Source: Paramicrosporidium saccamoebae KSL3 (lineage: Eukaryota > Fungi > Cryptomycota). From it: a DNA stretch of 32,000 nucleotides. The position numbers were made by a program, and so were the translations under genes. Of the stretch, positions 17,254-26,312 are shown one piece after another. Below the pieces are notes generated by a model. The model saw nothing but the letters and a program-made list of their open reading frames with translations, did not search any database and was not told the origin of the DNA. Positions within the stretch are counted from its first letter, which is position 1. Every line of letters begins with the position of its first letter. The DNA lies in NCBI GenBank assembly GCA_002794465.1, contig MTSL01000190.1:20124-52123 (forward strand). Reading direction: 5' to 3'.

Positions 17254-20200
17254 ATGGGCAAGGAGCTTTTGAAGCTCGACACGGCCCCCAAGCGAATCAA
17301 ACACATTCAATTCGGGACACTGACCCCGCCGGAAATCGATGAAGTGTCAGAGGTGGAGGTGGTCAATCGAGAGCTGTACAGCATTCTGGACCGCGTCCCC
17401 ATCAAGCACGGGGCTCTCGACCGACGTCTCGGGACGTCCGAGAAGAACTCGACCTGTGAAACATGCGGTGGCAAGCTATCAGACTGTGCTGGTCATTTCG
17501 GCAATGTCAAGCTGGCCCTACCCGTCTTTCACATTGGCTTTTTCAAGGCTTCTCTGCAGATTCTTCAAGACATTTGCAAGACTTGTGCCAGGATCCTGCT
17601 GACCGAGGAGGAGCGCTCATCCTACCTGAAGAGAATCAGGATGCCCAAGCTGGACAGTCTACAGAGGCTGGCGGTGGTAAAGGCAGTGCATGATAGATGT
17701 CGAAAGACGGCCAACTGTCATTCATGCGGTGCGCTTAATGGACTAATCAAAAAGGTTGGCATTATGAAGGTTGTGCATGAAAAATATCGGTCGGTACGGA
17801 AGCAACATGGGGACGCTGAATTGTTCAAACGACAATTTTCCCATGCTATCGAGTCCAATCCTGAGCTCAAGATGCATGTGGGCAAGGCACAGGAGGATGT
17901 GAATCCGCTCAAAGCACTGGAGTTGTTTACTCGCGTGACGGCAGAGGATTGTGAGCTGCTTGGCTTGGACCCAACATATGCCCATCCAAGGACGTTCATG
18001 TGGACGTGCGTTCCAGTGCCCCCGTCGTGCATCCGTCCCTCTGTGGCCATGTCGGTGGAGAATGGTAGCAACGAGGATGATTTAACTGTCAAGATGACTG
18101 AGATTGTCTACACCAACATGATCATCAAGGACGCAATTGAAAAGGGTGCCCCAGTGCACATGCTTATGGAGGACTGGGATTTCCTGCAACTTCAATGTGC
18201 CATGTACATTAATTCCGAGCTACCAGGTATTGCAAATGCGCTACAAGTGACGGGAAAGCCGATTCGAGGCCTTTGCCAAAGGCTAAAGGGAAAGATGGGC
18301 CGTTTCCGAGGGAATTTATCGGGAAAGCGTGTGGATTTTAGCAGTCGGACAGTCATCTCGCCCGATCCCAATCTCGCCATTGATCAAGTGGCTGTGCCAG
18401 TGTACGTGGCCAAGACGCTGACATATCCCGAAGTGGTCACGCGATTCAATTTGGAGCTGCTGCGACAGGCAGTGCTCAATGGCCCCGATCAGCATCCTGG
18501 TGCCAATTTTATCCAAAGCGAGGGAACGGCTGGATTGAAACGATACCTCAGGTTTGGAGATCGCAAAAAGATTGCGCGGGAGATGCGGGTGGGAGATATT
18601 GTGGAACGTCATTTGCGTGATGGAGACGTAGTGCTCTTCAATCGCCAGCCTTCCCTGCACAAATTGAGTATTATGGCGCATTTTGCCGTGGTCAAGCCAT
18701 GGCGTACCTTTCGTTTCAACGAGTGTGCCTGCACTCCCTACAATGCGGATTTTGATGGAGACGAAATGAATTTGCATTTGCCACAGACTGAAGAGGCTCG
18801 TGCCGAGGCGATTCATTTGATGGGGATCAAACACAATTTGGTGACGCCCCGGAACGGTCAGCCGCTTATTGCGGCCATGCAGGATTTTATTACGGCGTCC
18901 CATCTGATCAGTAATCGCGATGTGTTCTACGACCGCGCCGAGTTTGCACAATGCTGCATGATGATGTGTGATGCGGCATTACGGGTAGATCTCCCACCGC
19001 CTACCATCCTCAAACCGGTAGTTCGATGGACAGGCAAGCAGGTGGTAGGAATCCTAATGAGACCAAATCACAATACCAATGTGATGGTCAATCTCGAATT
19101 GAAGACTCGCACCATGACCAAGGTTCCTGAAGGCACCGCCCTGGAAATGTGCCCCAATGACGGATATATGTTGATTCGGAACAGTGAATTGCTTTGCGGC
19201 ACGCTGGACAAGGCAAGCGTTGGTGGAGACAGCAAGGGGAGCATCTTTTATGTGCTGATGCGAGACTACGGGGTGGACTATTCCATTGGATGCATGTCCC
19301 GACTGGCCAAGTTGTGTGCTCGCTGGTTGGGGAACCGTGGCTTCTCCATCGGCATCAATGACGTGCAACCAGATATTGCGTTGCAACAGCAAAAGGAGAA
19401 ACTTGTCAAAAAGGGCTATGCCGACTGTGACGACAACATTGCCGAGTTTCGGATGGGAAGGCTGCAATGTCAGCCAGGATGTAGTGCAGAACAGACATTA
19501 GAGGCCGTGATTTCGGGGATTCTCAGCAAGATCCGCGACGACGTGGGTCAGATCTGTTTGCAAGAGTTGAGTAGACACAATGCTCCATTGATTATGCAGT
19601 GGTGCGGCAGTAAGGGTAGCAAAATTAATGTTTCTCAAATGGTCGCCTGTGTGGGACAACAGATTATTTCGGGCTCACGTATCCCCGACGGCTTTGAAGA
19701 TCGTTCCCTACCTCATTTCCCAAAACACTCCAAGACGCCCGCGGCCAAGGGTTTCGTCAAGAATAGCTTTTACTCGGGTCTCACTCCCACCGAGTTTTTC
19801 TTCCATGCCGTCTCGGGTCGAGAAGGTCTTGTGGACACTGCTGTCAAGACTGCAGAGACAGGTTACATGCAGCGTCGTCTGATGAAGGCGCTGGAGGATC
19901 TGTCCACCAGCTATGACATGTCAGTGCGAAACTCGACGGGAGGAATGGTGCAATTTTGTTATGGAGACGATGGATTGGACCCGGCCTGTATGGAGGGCGA
20001 CGGTGCACCGGTCAATTTTGTGCGAAATCTCATGCACTCTCGGGCGATACTTACCAAGACGACCCAATCCCTCACCGTCCCAGAAATTAAGAATCAATTG
20101 GCGGCCCGACTGGGAGCGGATGAGTTTAACCTGTGCACTGACGGATTCAAAACCTCTTTGAGCGAATTTGTAGAGAAGACGATTGTATCAAAGACTGAGA

Positions 20201-21429
20201 AGCTTTCTGCAAAATACGGCCACATCCATGGCGGGGCATTGCTTGACAATATGACCAACCTCACCATGGACCACTTGAACAAGTTTCTGGATATTTGTCT
20301 GGAAAAGTACATGCGAGCTCGTATGGAGCCAGGAACTGCAGTGGGAGCACTAGGAGCGCAGAGCATCGGAGAACCCGGCACTCAGATGACCCTAAAGACT
20401 TTTCATTTTGCCGGTGTTGCTAGCATGAATGTCACCCTGGGAGTGCCCCGCATTAAGGAGATTATTAATGCGGCCAAGGTCATCTCTACGCCCATCATTA
20501 CAGCCAGTCTGGCAAATGCAGAGAGTATCCCATCGGCGCGAATAGTCAAGGGTCGGATTGAAAAGACACTGTTGGGCGACATTGCCGAGTTTATTGAAGA
20601 GGTTTACCAGCATGACGGCTGCTATCTGGGAGTAAAGCTGGACTTGAAGGCAATTCAGGCTTTGCAGCTGGAAATTGATGTGGACACGGTGCAACGGGCC
20701 ATAGTAAAGGCGCCCAAGCTAAAGATGCACGAGCAGCAAGTGCGGGTGCAACATCCCGACCGCATCCGCGTCTATCTGTCGTCGGGGAAGAAGGATGATA
20801 CATCAACTTCGCCATACTTTGGACTGCAGCAGCTGAAGCGTCAGTTGCCCGATGTCGTAGTCAAGGGCTTTACAACGGTGAGTCGAGCGGTTATCAATGA
20901 CGTGCAAGGTAATGGGTCACGATACAATCTGCTAGTGGAAGGGTACGGCTTGGCTCAAGTAATGACCACAGAAGGTGTGGTGGGCACTCAGACAACCAGC
21001 AACCACGTGATGGAGGTGCAGGCTGTGTTGGGGATTGAGGCGGCGCGTCAGACCATTGCTAATGAGATTCAATACACTATGAGCAAGCACGGCATGACCA
21101 TTGATAATCGCCATGTCATGTTATTGGCGGACATTATGTCGTTCCGGGGCGAGGTATTGGGAATTACGCGTTTCGGCATTGCCAAGATGAAGGACTCGGT
21201 GCTAATGTTGGCGTCATTTGAAAAGACCACGGACCATTTGTTTGATGCAGCGCGGTTCAGCAAACGCGACGACATTGACGGTGTCAGTGAGTGCATCATC
21301 ATGGGCAGTCCCATGCCGATTGGCACGGGAATGTTTAAGCTGCTACAACGAGTGGATCGGCCCCGGATAATGCCCGTTAAGCCGCTACTCTTTGACCGGA
21401 CCGAATACCATCCTAAATGGAATCCATAG
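17254..21429 (+). CDS. RPC1: RNA polymerase III largest subunit, ~1391 aa, intronless
   Basis: Catalytic TPYNADFDGDEMNLH, GRFRGNLSGKRVDFS, GEPGTQMTLKTFHFAG and GEVLGITRFGIAKMKDSVLMLASFEKT (Pol III type). No heptad CTD. First ATG is at 17254; the ORF-track start at 17245 is a GTG. Confidence 0.97.
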   Translation: MGKELLKLDTAPKRIKHIQFGTLTPPEIDEVSEVEVVNRELYSILDRVPIKHGALDRRLGTSEKNSTCETCGGKLSDCAGHFGNVKLALPVFHIGFFKASLQILQDICKTCARILLTEEERSSYLKRIRMPKLDSLQRLAVVKAVHDRCRKTANCHSCGALNGLIKKVGIMKVVHEKYRSVRKQHGDAELFKRQFSHAIESNPELKMHVGKAQEDVNPLKALELFTRVTAEDCELLGLDPTYAHPRTFMWTCVPVPPSCIRPSVAMSVENGSNEDDLTVKMTEIVYTNMIIKDAIEKGAPVHMLMEDWDFLQLQCAMYINSELPGIANALQVTGKPIRGLCQRLKGKMGRFRGNLSGKRVDFSSRTVISPDPNLAIDQVAVPVYVAKTLTYPEVVTRFNLELLRQAVLNGPDQHPGANFIQSEGTAGLKRYLRFGDRKKIAREMRVGDIVERHLRDGDVVLFNRQPSLHKLSIMAHFAVVKPWRTFRFNECACTPYNADFDGDEMNLHLPQTEEARAEAIHLMGIKHNLVTPRNGQPLIAAMQDFITASHLISNRDVFYDRAEFAQCCMMMCDAALRVDLPPPTILKPVVRWTGKQVVGILMRPNHNTNVMVNLELKTRTMTKVPEGTALEMCPNDGYMLIRNSELLCGTLDKASVGGDSKGSIFYVLMRDYGVDYSIGCMSRLAKLCARWLGNRGFSIGINDVQPDIALQQQKEKLVKKGYADCDDNIAEFRMGRLQCQPGCSAEQTLEAVISGILSKIRDDVGQICLQELSRHNAPLIMQWCGSKGSKINVSQMVACVGQQIISGSRIPDGFEDRSLPHFPKHSKTPAAKGFVKNSFYSGLTPTEFFFHAVSGREGLVDTAVKTAETGYMQRRLMKALEDLSTSYDMSVRNSTGGMVQFCYGDDGLDPACMEGDGAPVNFVRNLMHSRAILTKTTQSLTVPEIKNQLAARLGADEFNLCTDGFKTSLSEFVEKTIVSKTEKLSAKYGHIHGGALLDNMTNLTMDHLNKFLDICLEKYMRARMEPGTAVGALGAQSIGEPGTQMTLKTFHFAGVASMNVTLGVPRIKEIINAAKVISTPIITASLANAESIPSARIVKGRIEKTLLGDIAEFIEEVYQHDGCYLGVKLDLKAIQALQLEIDVDTVQRAIVKAPKLKMHEQQVRVQHPDRIRVYLSSGKKDDTSTSPYFGLQQLKRQLPDVVVKGFTTVSRAVINDVQGNGSRYNLLVEGYGLAQVMTTEGVVGTQTTSNHVMEVQAVLGIEAARQTIANEIQYTMSKHGMTIDNRHVMLLADIMSFRGEVLGITRFGIAKMKDSVLMLASFEKTTDHLFDAARFSKRDDIDGVSECIIMGSPMPIGTGMFKLLQRVDRPRIMPVKPLLFDRTEYHPKWNP

Positions 21430-21444
21430 AAATAAATTATTAAC

Positions 21445-21663
21445 ATGGGCCAAGGATGGAGCAATGCTCGACGGACACTGGTGGGGAAGGATGTCTTTGG
21501 AAACCGGTACTATGAACAAGTTGTGGAAGGGAAACGCCGTCGCTGGTTTAAGCCGCCGGGAATGATGGCGAGACCGATGGACTATGATGTGGACCGAGTG
21601 CCGGCCAACTGGCGGTCCTGGCTGACATTTCAGCGACCCGACGTGCGTGACATGGAGGATTGA
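21445..21663 (+). CDS. Short NDUFA12/NDUFAF2 (mimitin)-family complex I protein, 72 aa, possibly truncated
   Basis: LVGKDVFGNRYYE...RRRW...DYDVDRVPANWRSWL matches the family G-x-D-x-x-G-N-x-Y-Y and P-x-x-W-x-x-W motifs. A possible 28-nt intron (21643-21670) does not lengthen it. Confidence 0.75.
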   Translation: MGQGWSNARRTLVGKDVFGNRYYEQVVEGKRRRWFKPPGMMARPMDYDVDRVPANWRSWLTFQRPDVRDMED

Positions 21664-21681
21664 TTAGCAGCGGGGGTGGTG

Positions 21682-21816
21682 TTAGTTGAAAGGTCATTAG
21701 ATGGAAGGTTATTAGTTGAAGGATTATTAGTTGGAGGGTTATTAGTTGAAGGATTGTTAGTTGGAGGGTTATTAGTTGAAGGATTGTTAGTTGGAGGGTT
21801 ATTAGTTGGAGAGTTG
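21682..21816. repeat. 15-bp tandem repeat x9 with alternating A/B units (TTAGTTGAAGGATTG / TTAGTTGGAGGGTTA)
   Basis: Units every 15 bp from 21682; units 3-8 alternate, giving a 30-bp higher-order period. Confidence 0.95.
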
Positions 21817-22000
21817 TTGGGTAGAATGCATCGGATAAAGCATTGTTAGATAGAGTGCTGCTATACAGAATGCTGTAGCTCAAGTATTGCTATTGGAAAT
21901 CTCTTTCAAATCGGATACATATCTCTATATACTTCTCTTTTATCATCATGTACACTTTAGTTAATCACTTATTTACTCTCGAATCACAATATCTCTATGA

Positions 22001-23494
22001 TTACGGGGTCAGGACCAATTTGCGGTCAGGGTGGGCAAAGGCGAGCCAGACAATCACTCCGATAACGTAATGGAAGGCAGCAGCCAGGAAGACCAAGGCC
22101 CAACTTCCGGTCCATTTCAAGATCAGACCAGTAACTTGCACTCCCACAATGCCAGTCAGGGTTGCGGCAGTGTTGCCCAGACCAAAGATGACACCGGCGT
22201 ATTCGGGATTGATGTCAAAGTGGGCGACAGAGAGACCAACGTTGCTGAGCGAGTTGAGACCAAGGGCCAGCGTAATAAAGATGACACCCTGCGTAATGTT
22301 CTTGGCCACAAAACCGGCCATCAACATGAAAAAGGCGGCTCCCAAGAGGGCAATGGTTTGGCTGCCCTTGCGGATCCACACAAGCGGCACTTTGAGTCGA
22401 TAAACCATCCAATCAGCGACAAAACCCACTGCCAAGCCCACTGTAAACTGCACACAGTACGGCACAATGGAAATGAGACCCAAATCGGCAAGATCTACCC
22501 CAAACTCCTGGCGATAATAGGTGGGCAACCATTGCAGTAGCACAAAGAAGCCCCAGCAGTTGCAGTATTGGTTGACCAAGATGGCCCAAGTGTACTTGTT
22601 GCGCAAGATGCGTTTCCAAGGAACAGGACGACGCTTCAGGGGTGGCTCGTTGGCGTCGTGTTGTTGTTCCTTGGTGGGAGAGCCATTGAGGGCGGGATCA
22701 GGTGGCACAGTGTTCATCTCCAACTGATGCTTTCCAGGGACGGTGGAATCGGGCGGAAGAGCCACGGCAGGATGTGATCGGATCAACAGTAACCAGGGGA
22801 GCATCCAGACAATCCCGACCCCACCAAAGATGTAGAACACCCACGGCCAGCCGATTGTGGACGATGCGGCCATGGGAGCTGAAATGAGCAAAGCCATAAT
22901 GGCCCCGGCGTAGCTGAACGAATTGACTGCAGCTGTGGCTCGACTCCGTTCTCCAATGGGAAGCCATTTCCCCAACAACGAGTTGATCGCAGGATAGCTC
23001 ACTCCCTCTGCAATGCCCAGAAACACGCGACACACAATCAGCGCTGCAAAATGCCACCGGGCTGCAAACGGAGTAATCAGAGTGAACACACTCCAGCCCA
23101 ATGCACCGGCTGCAAAGACGTATTTGCCTCCAAAGCGGTCAGCCACATATCCACCCAGGATCTGCGTGGCCATGTAGCCGTAGAAGAAGCAGGAGAAGAT
23201 GGCTCCCTCAATGGCGGGGTCCCAACCAAACTCCTTACTCATGGGGATAATGGCAATGGCAATGTTGGACCGATCCGCATATGAAATCGACAGCCCCAAA
23301 CAGCTCAGCACTACCAATACGACACGACGGGGCACTCCGCAGATGGTGCCCTGCAGACGCGCTGCCTCCTTTTGCAGATTGTTAATTGCCACCGAGGGCG
23401 AGACGGGCGGGCTTTGCGAGGCAGACTGCGTCACATTCGGAATGTGCTCGTTAGAGTCCTTCAGGACCATAGTGTACAGTGTGTTGTGATCCAT
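22001..23494 (-). CDS. MFS anion:cation symporter of SLC17/PHT4 type, 497 aa
   Basis: ISYADRSNIAIAIIPM, FFYGYMATQILGGYVADRFGGK, RVFLGIAEGVSYP and WLPTYY; about 12 hydrophobic segments. Confidence 0.9.
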   Translation of the reverse strand: MDHNTLYTMVLKDSNEHIPNVTQSASQSPPVSPSVAINNLQKEAARLQGTICGVPRRVVLVVLSCLGLSISYADRSNIAIAIIPMSKEFGWDPAIEGAIFSCFFYGYMATQILGGYVADRFGGKYVFAAGALGWSVFTLITPFAARWHFAALIVCRVFLGIAEGVSYPAINSLLGKWLPIGERSRATAAVNSFSYAGAIMALLISAPMAASSTIGWPWVFYIFGGVGIVWMLPWLLLIRSHPAVALPPDSTVPGKHQLEMNTVPPDPALNGSPTKEQQHDANEPPLKRRPVPWKRILRNKYTWAILVNQYCNCWGFFVLLQWLPTYYRQEFGVDLADLGLISIVPYCVQFTVGLAVGFVADWMVYRLKVPLVWIRKGSQTIALLGAAFFMLMAGFVAKNITQGVIFITLALGLNSLSNVGLSVAHFDINPEYAGVIFGLGNTAATLTGIVGVQVTGLILKWTGSWALVFLAAAFHYVIGVIVWLAFAHPDRKLVLTP

Positions 23495-23527
23495 TTTGGT
23501 GACCGTTTATACCCCCTACTTTCGTCG

Positions 23528-23551
23528 TCATGACAACCCATCTTGTCATGA
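23528..23551. other. Perfect inverted repeat TCATGACAA-N6-TTGTCATGA
   Basis: 9-bp arms, 33 nt upstream of the MFS start codon. Confidence 0.85.
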
Positions 23552-23646
23552 AACGGCGCTGAATATTCTTCACGATCCGTTTCTAGTCCCACACAATGCC
23601 ATAAATATTCATAAACATCTTCTCGGCGGGTTGCCAAAAGAAGACA

Positions 23647-23665
23647 GCCGGGGTCGGACCCCGGC
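23647..23665. other. Perfect inverted repeat GCCGGGGTC-G-GACCCCGGC
   Basis: 9-bp arms with a 1-nt centre, 26 nt upstream of the predicted FKBP ATG. Confidence 0.9.
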
Positions 23666-23691
23666 GATAACGTCGACGGCAAGAGTACAGA

Positions 23692-24923
23692 ATGTTGAGA
23701 AAACCTATTGGATTTTGGGGTATGCTAGAGTTTTTGTGTTGCTTATGCTGTAGGACTCGTTATGGAGCCCGGAAAGATGTATTCCCAGGAGGTGCCCGTG
23801 TCCTTCTGGATCACCATGGCCGCCCTTGGGCCCGAGGCCTTTGAGAAGACGACCGAAAAGCCCGCCCGCTCGCAAGTCAAGCTTACCCACCAGAAGGACG
23901 GCGAGTTTACCCTCTGCACACTGCGTCCCGATATGGTAAGCTTCCGAGTTGGCATGACTAATGCAGTAGAGAGACCAACAGGCTCTTGATCTGGTGTTCC
24001 TGGAAGGCGAAACTATCCATCTGCGTGTTGTTGGGGAGAATTCGGTGCATCTAACTGGCTACTATATTGACGATGTGGAGGACCGTGACCCCTATGCGAG
24101 GTTTGACAGCGAAGAGTTGGATGCCGAAATGAATGGCGAGGACATTGAAGAGTCTGATGAATGCTGTGAGCATTCTGAAGAAGACGATGAGGATGAGGAG
24201 ACTGAGGATGAAATGGCCGATTTCATTGATGACGGATCCGCCGACGAATCTGCGGACGAAAAAGTTTCCCGCAAAACACGCACTATCCGTGAAATCACCT
24301 CTGATGAGGATTCAGAGATGGATGACGAGTATCTCAGCGAAGAAGATTATGACACTGAGGATGGCACTGAGGAGGACATTGAGGATGACGGATGCAACTT
24401 TTCGGGATCAGCAGATGAGGAAATTGACTCTGACGAGGCCGGTTCTGTTGACATGATCAGCAAGGCCCGCAAGATGGCTTCCTCTGAGGCGCCCTCCAAG
24501 AAGAGCAAAGTTGAGAAGCCATCCGCAAAAGTTCAGGCGGTGGAGAAGAAAAAGGCCGTCTTGCCCTCCCCAAAGCCGGTAAATACGACACTCCAGGGAG
24601 GCATCAAGGTTGAGGACATCAAGGTCGGGGCCGGAATTAAGGCGCAGAAGAGCCGCAAGGTGGACATTTCCTACACTGTCACTGGTGAGGACAACAAGCC
24701 CGTAGAGTCGGCAGGCAAGACATTGACCTTTAATCTCGGAGATTCCAAGGTGCTCAAGGCCCTAAGCAGCGGGATCACAGGAATGGCATTGGGTGGTGTG
24801 CGCAAGCTGGTGGTTCCCAGCAATATGGCGCAGGAAGGTCTTCAACCCGCCTTAACCAAGGGCAGCAATTATACAATCACTGTCACCCTGAACAAAGTGG
24901 AGCCCAGCTTCAAAGCAAAATAA
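23692..24923 (+). CDS. Nucleoplasmin-like + acidic + FKBP-type histone chaperone (Fpr3/Fpr4/FKBP39 family); exons 23692-23719, 23754-23935, 23970-24923
   Basis: Spliced N-terminus MLRKPIGFWGLVMEPGK...ITMAALG...LCTLRPDMRDQQALDLVF..GE...VHLTGYY is an NPL domain, followed by a long D/E tract, a basic tract and a C-terminal FKBP fold (GGIKVEDIKVG...GMALGGVRKLVVP). Confidence 0.88.
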
Positions 24924-24981
24924 ATCTGCACACCCTTGCACTTTAATATATCTGTGACGTTTACGTTACGTTTGTACTAAA

Positions 24982-25180
24982 GCTTTTGGTCCGTGCCATG
25001 TAATCTTTTAAGGCTTTGATCCGGAGTATATTCAGTTTCTAGTGCTTTGGTCCGGGGTGTATTCAAAGTCTTGAGCTTTAATTCAGGATATATTTAAAGC
25101 TTCAGAGCTTTAATTCGGAATGCATTCAGAGTTTTAGAGCTTTGATCTGGGATATATCCAAAGTCTTTAGGATCTTTGAC
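24982..25180. repeat. Degenerate 31-34-bp tandem repeat, ~6 units (GCTTT[G/A]ATCCGG..ATATTCAAAGT..TAGA)
   Basis: Units start at 24982, 25013, 25044, 25075, 25107 and 25139. Confidence 0.85.
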
Positions 25181-25268
25181 CCATTATAAATTCACCGGAG
25201 CTTCAGTCCATGGTATCCTTTCAATATGACATGCTCTCTCGCAATCACATGGTTATAAATTAAAAGAA

Positions 25269-26015
25269 ATGTATTTATTATTGTTTCTGGTAATGACCGT
25301 TTCTGCTGGAAAGGATAGCGGCTCGACTGCGGCACGTGCCGTGGAGAAGAATACCGTTTATGGCGCGGGCCATGCAATCTTCCTGTTAGGTTCCATTCTG
25401 TACTTTGTGACGTCGGGGGTCTTTTTCTACAAGGTGGCGCTTTTGGGACTATTGGCGACACTCATGTTGGAGGTGTACAGCACCTGCATGACCGCCACTT
25501 CCATTGCTGATGCGCTCTTTTCCTCAGAGTCGACACCGTATTTCTACTTGTCGCTGCTGCTGTATATCCTGCCCCCCAACAGCATCCTGCTCCTTCCATT
25601 GGCTCTGCAGTCCATGCTCCATCTGAATGCATTTGCCCGAGCCCGTCTGTCGTCAATGGCATGGTGGTCGCAGGTTGCTCCCTACTCTACTCAACTGCTC
25701 GCTCTGCGTCCTCTGCTGCTTGACGTGACTGCGCATCTTGAGCTGGTCGTGTTGCCCATGCTGCTCCTCTCCATCTTTTCATCCGGACTGGCTCTGCCCG
25801 TTGTCTATGGCAGCTTCCTGCGTTGGCAATACTTTGTGTCTCCGCGGACTCGAAGCACTGTTGGAGTGTGGGATGAGACGGCAACCAAGCTTGTGGAGAA
25901 TCCCCATTGTCCACGACAGGTTAGAAAAGTCTACGGAAATGTTCAGGGAATGTTGAAGAAGTGGATGAAGACGCAGGGTGTGCAGATGAATCGATCTGCC
26001 TCCAAGGCCAAGTAA
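25269..26015 (+). CDS. Pom33/TMEM33-family ER/nuclear-pore membrane protein, ~248 aa
   Basis: Hydrophobic hairpins. VVYGSFLRWQYFVSPRTR and LVENPHCPRQVRKVY resemble the recalled TMEM33 C-terminal blocks. The start could be a later ATG. Confidence 0.7.
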   Translation: MYLLLFLVMTVSAGKDSGSTAARAVEKNTVYGAGHAIFLLGSILYFVTSGVFFYKVALLGLLATLMLEVYSTCMTATSIADALFSSESTPYFYLSLLLYILPPNSILLLPLALQSMLHLNAFARARLSSMAWWSQVAPYSTQLLALRPLLLDVTAHLELVVLPMLLLSIFSSGLALPVVYGSFLRWQYFVSPRTRSTVGVWDETATKLVENPHCPRQVRKVYGNVQGMLKKWMKTQGVQMNRSASKAK

Positions 26016-26312
26016 ACACCAATAAACGTGAATCGTATCTAAGAGTTATTGGCATAGTGGTTTGCAAAGTTGAACTGTTACGTGGCAATCCAACAGTCCA
26101 CGTATAGGACCTCACTATCGTGGCACTTTAAGCAAGAGTCGGTTTTAGTATGGTGGGTCCTTATGTTGTGCAATCATGATCAATACACGGCACAGCGATT
26201 ATTCCTTAGACGCAGGTTGGTCCATCACCCGTCATTAATAATCATCTTGGTGAACTGCATCCGCTTATGATTGTAATATTTATGATCGGCAGATTAGCCG
26301 GTTTATTTAGAC

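Noticed and set aside
21682-21816. Telomere-like repeat (GGGTTA within the units)
   Set aside because: The hexamer occurs only once per 30 bp inside a 15-bp unit; this is not a (TTAGGG)n tract.
21548-21883. Minus-strand ORF with ITLQL pentapeptide repeats
   Set aside because: It is just the translation of the 15-bp DNA array, it overlaps the NDUFA12-like gene antisense, and it has no other coding support.
24982-25180. 31-34-bp repeats as a CRISPR array (also considered for 7956-8460)
   Set aside because: The units are contiguous and degenerate with no unique spacers, there are no cas genes, and the context is eukaryotic.
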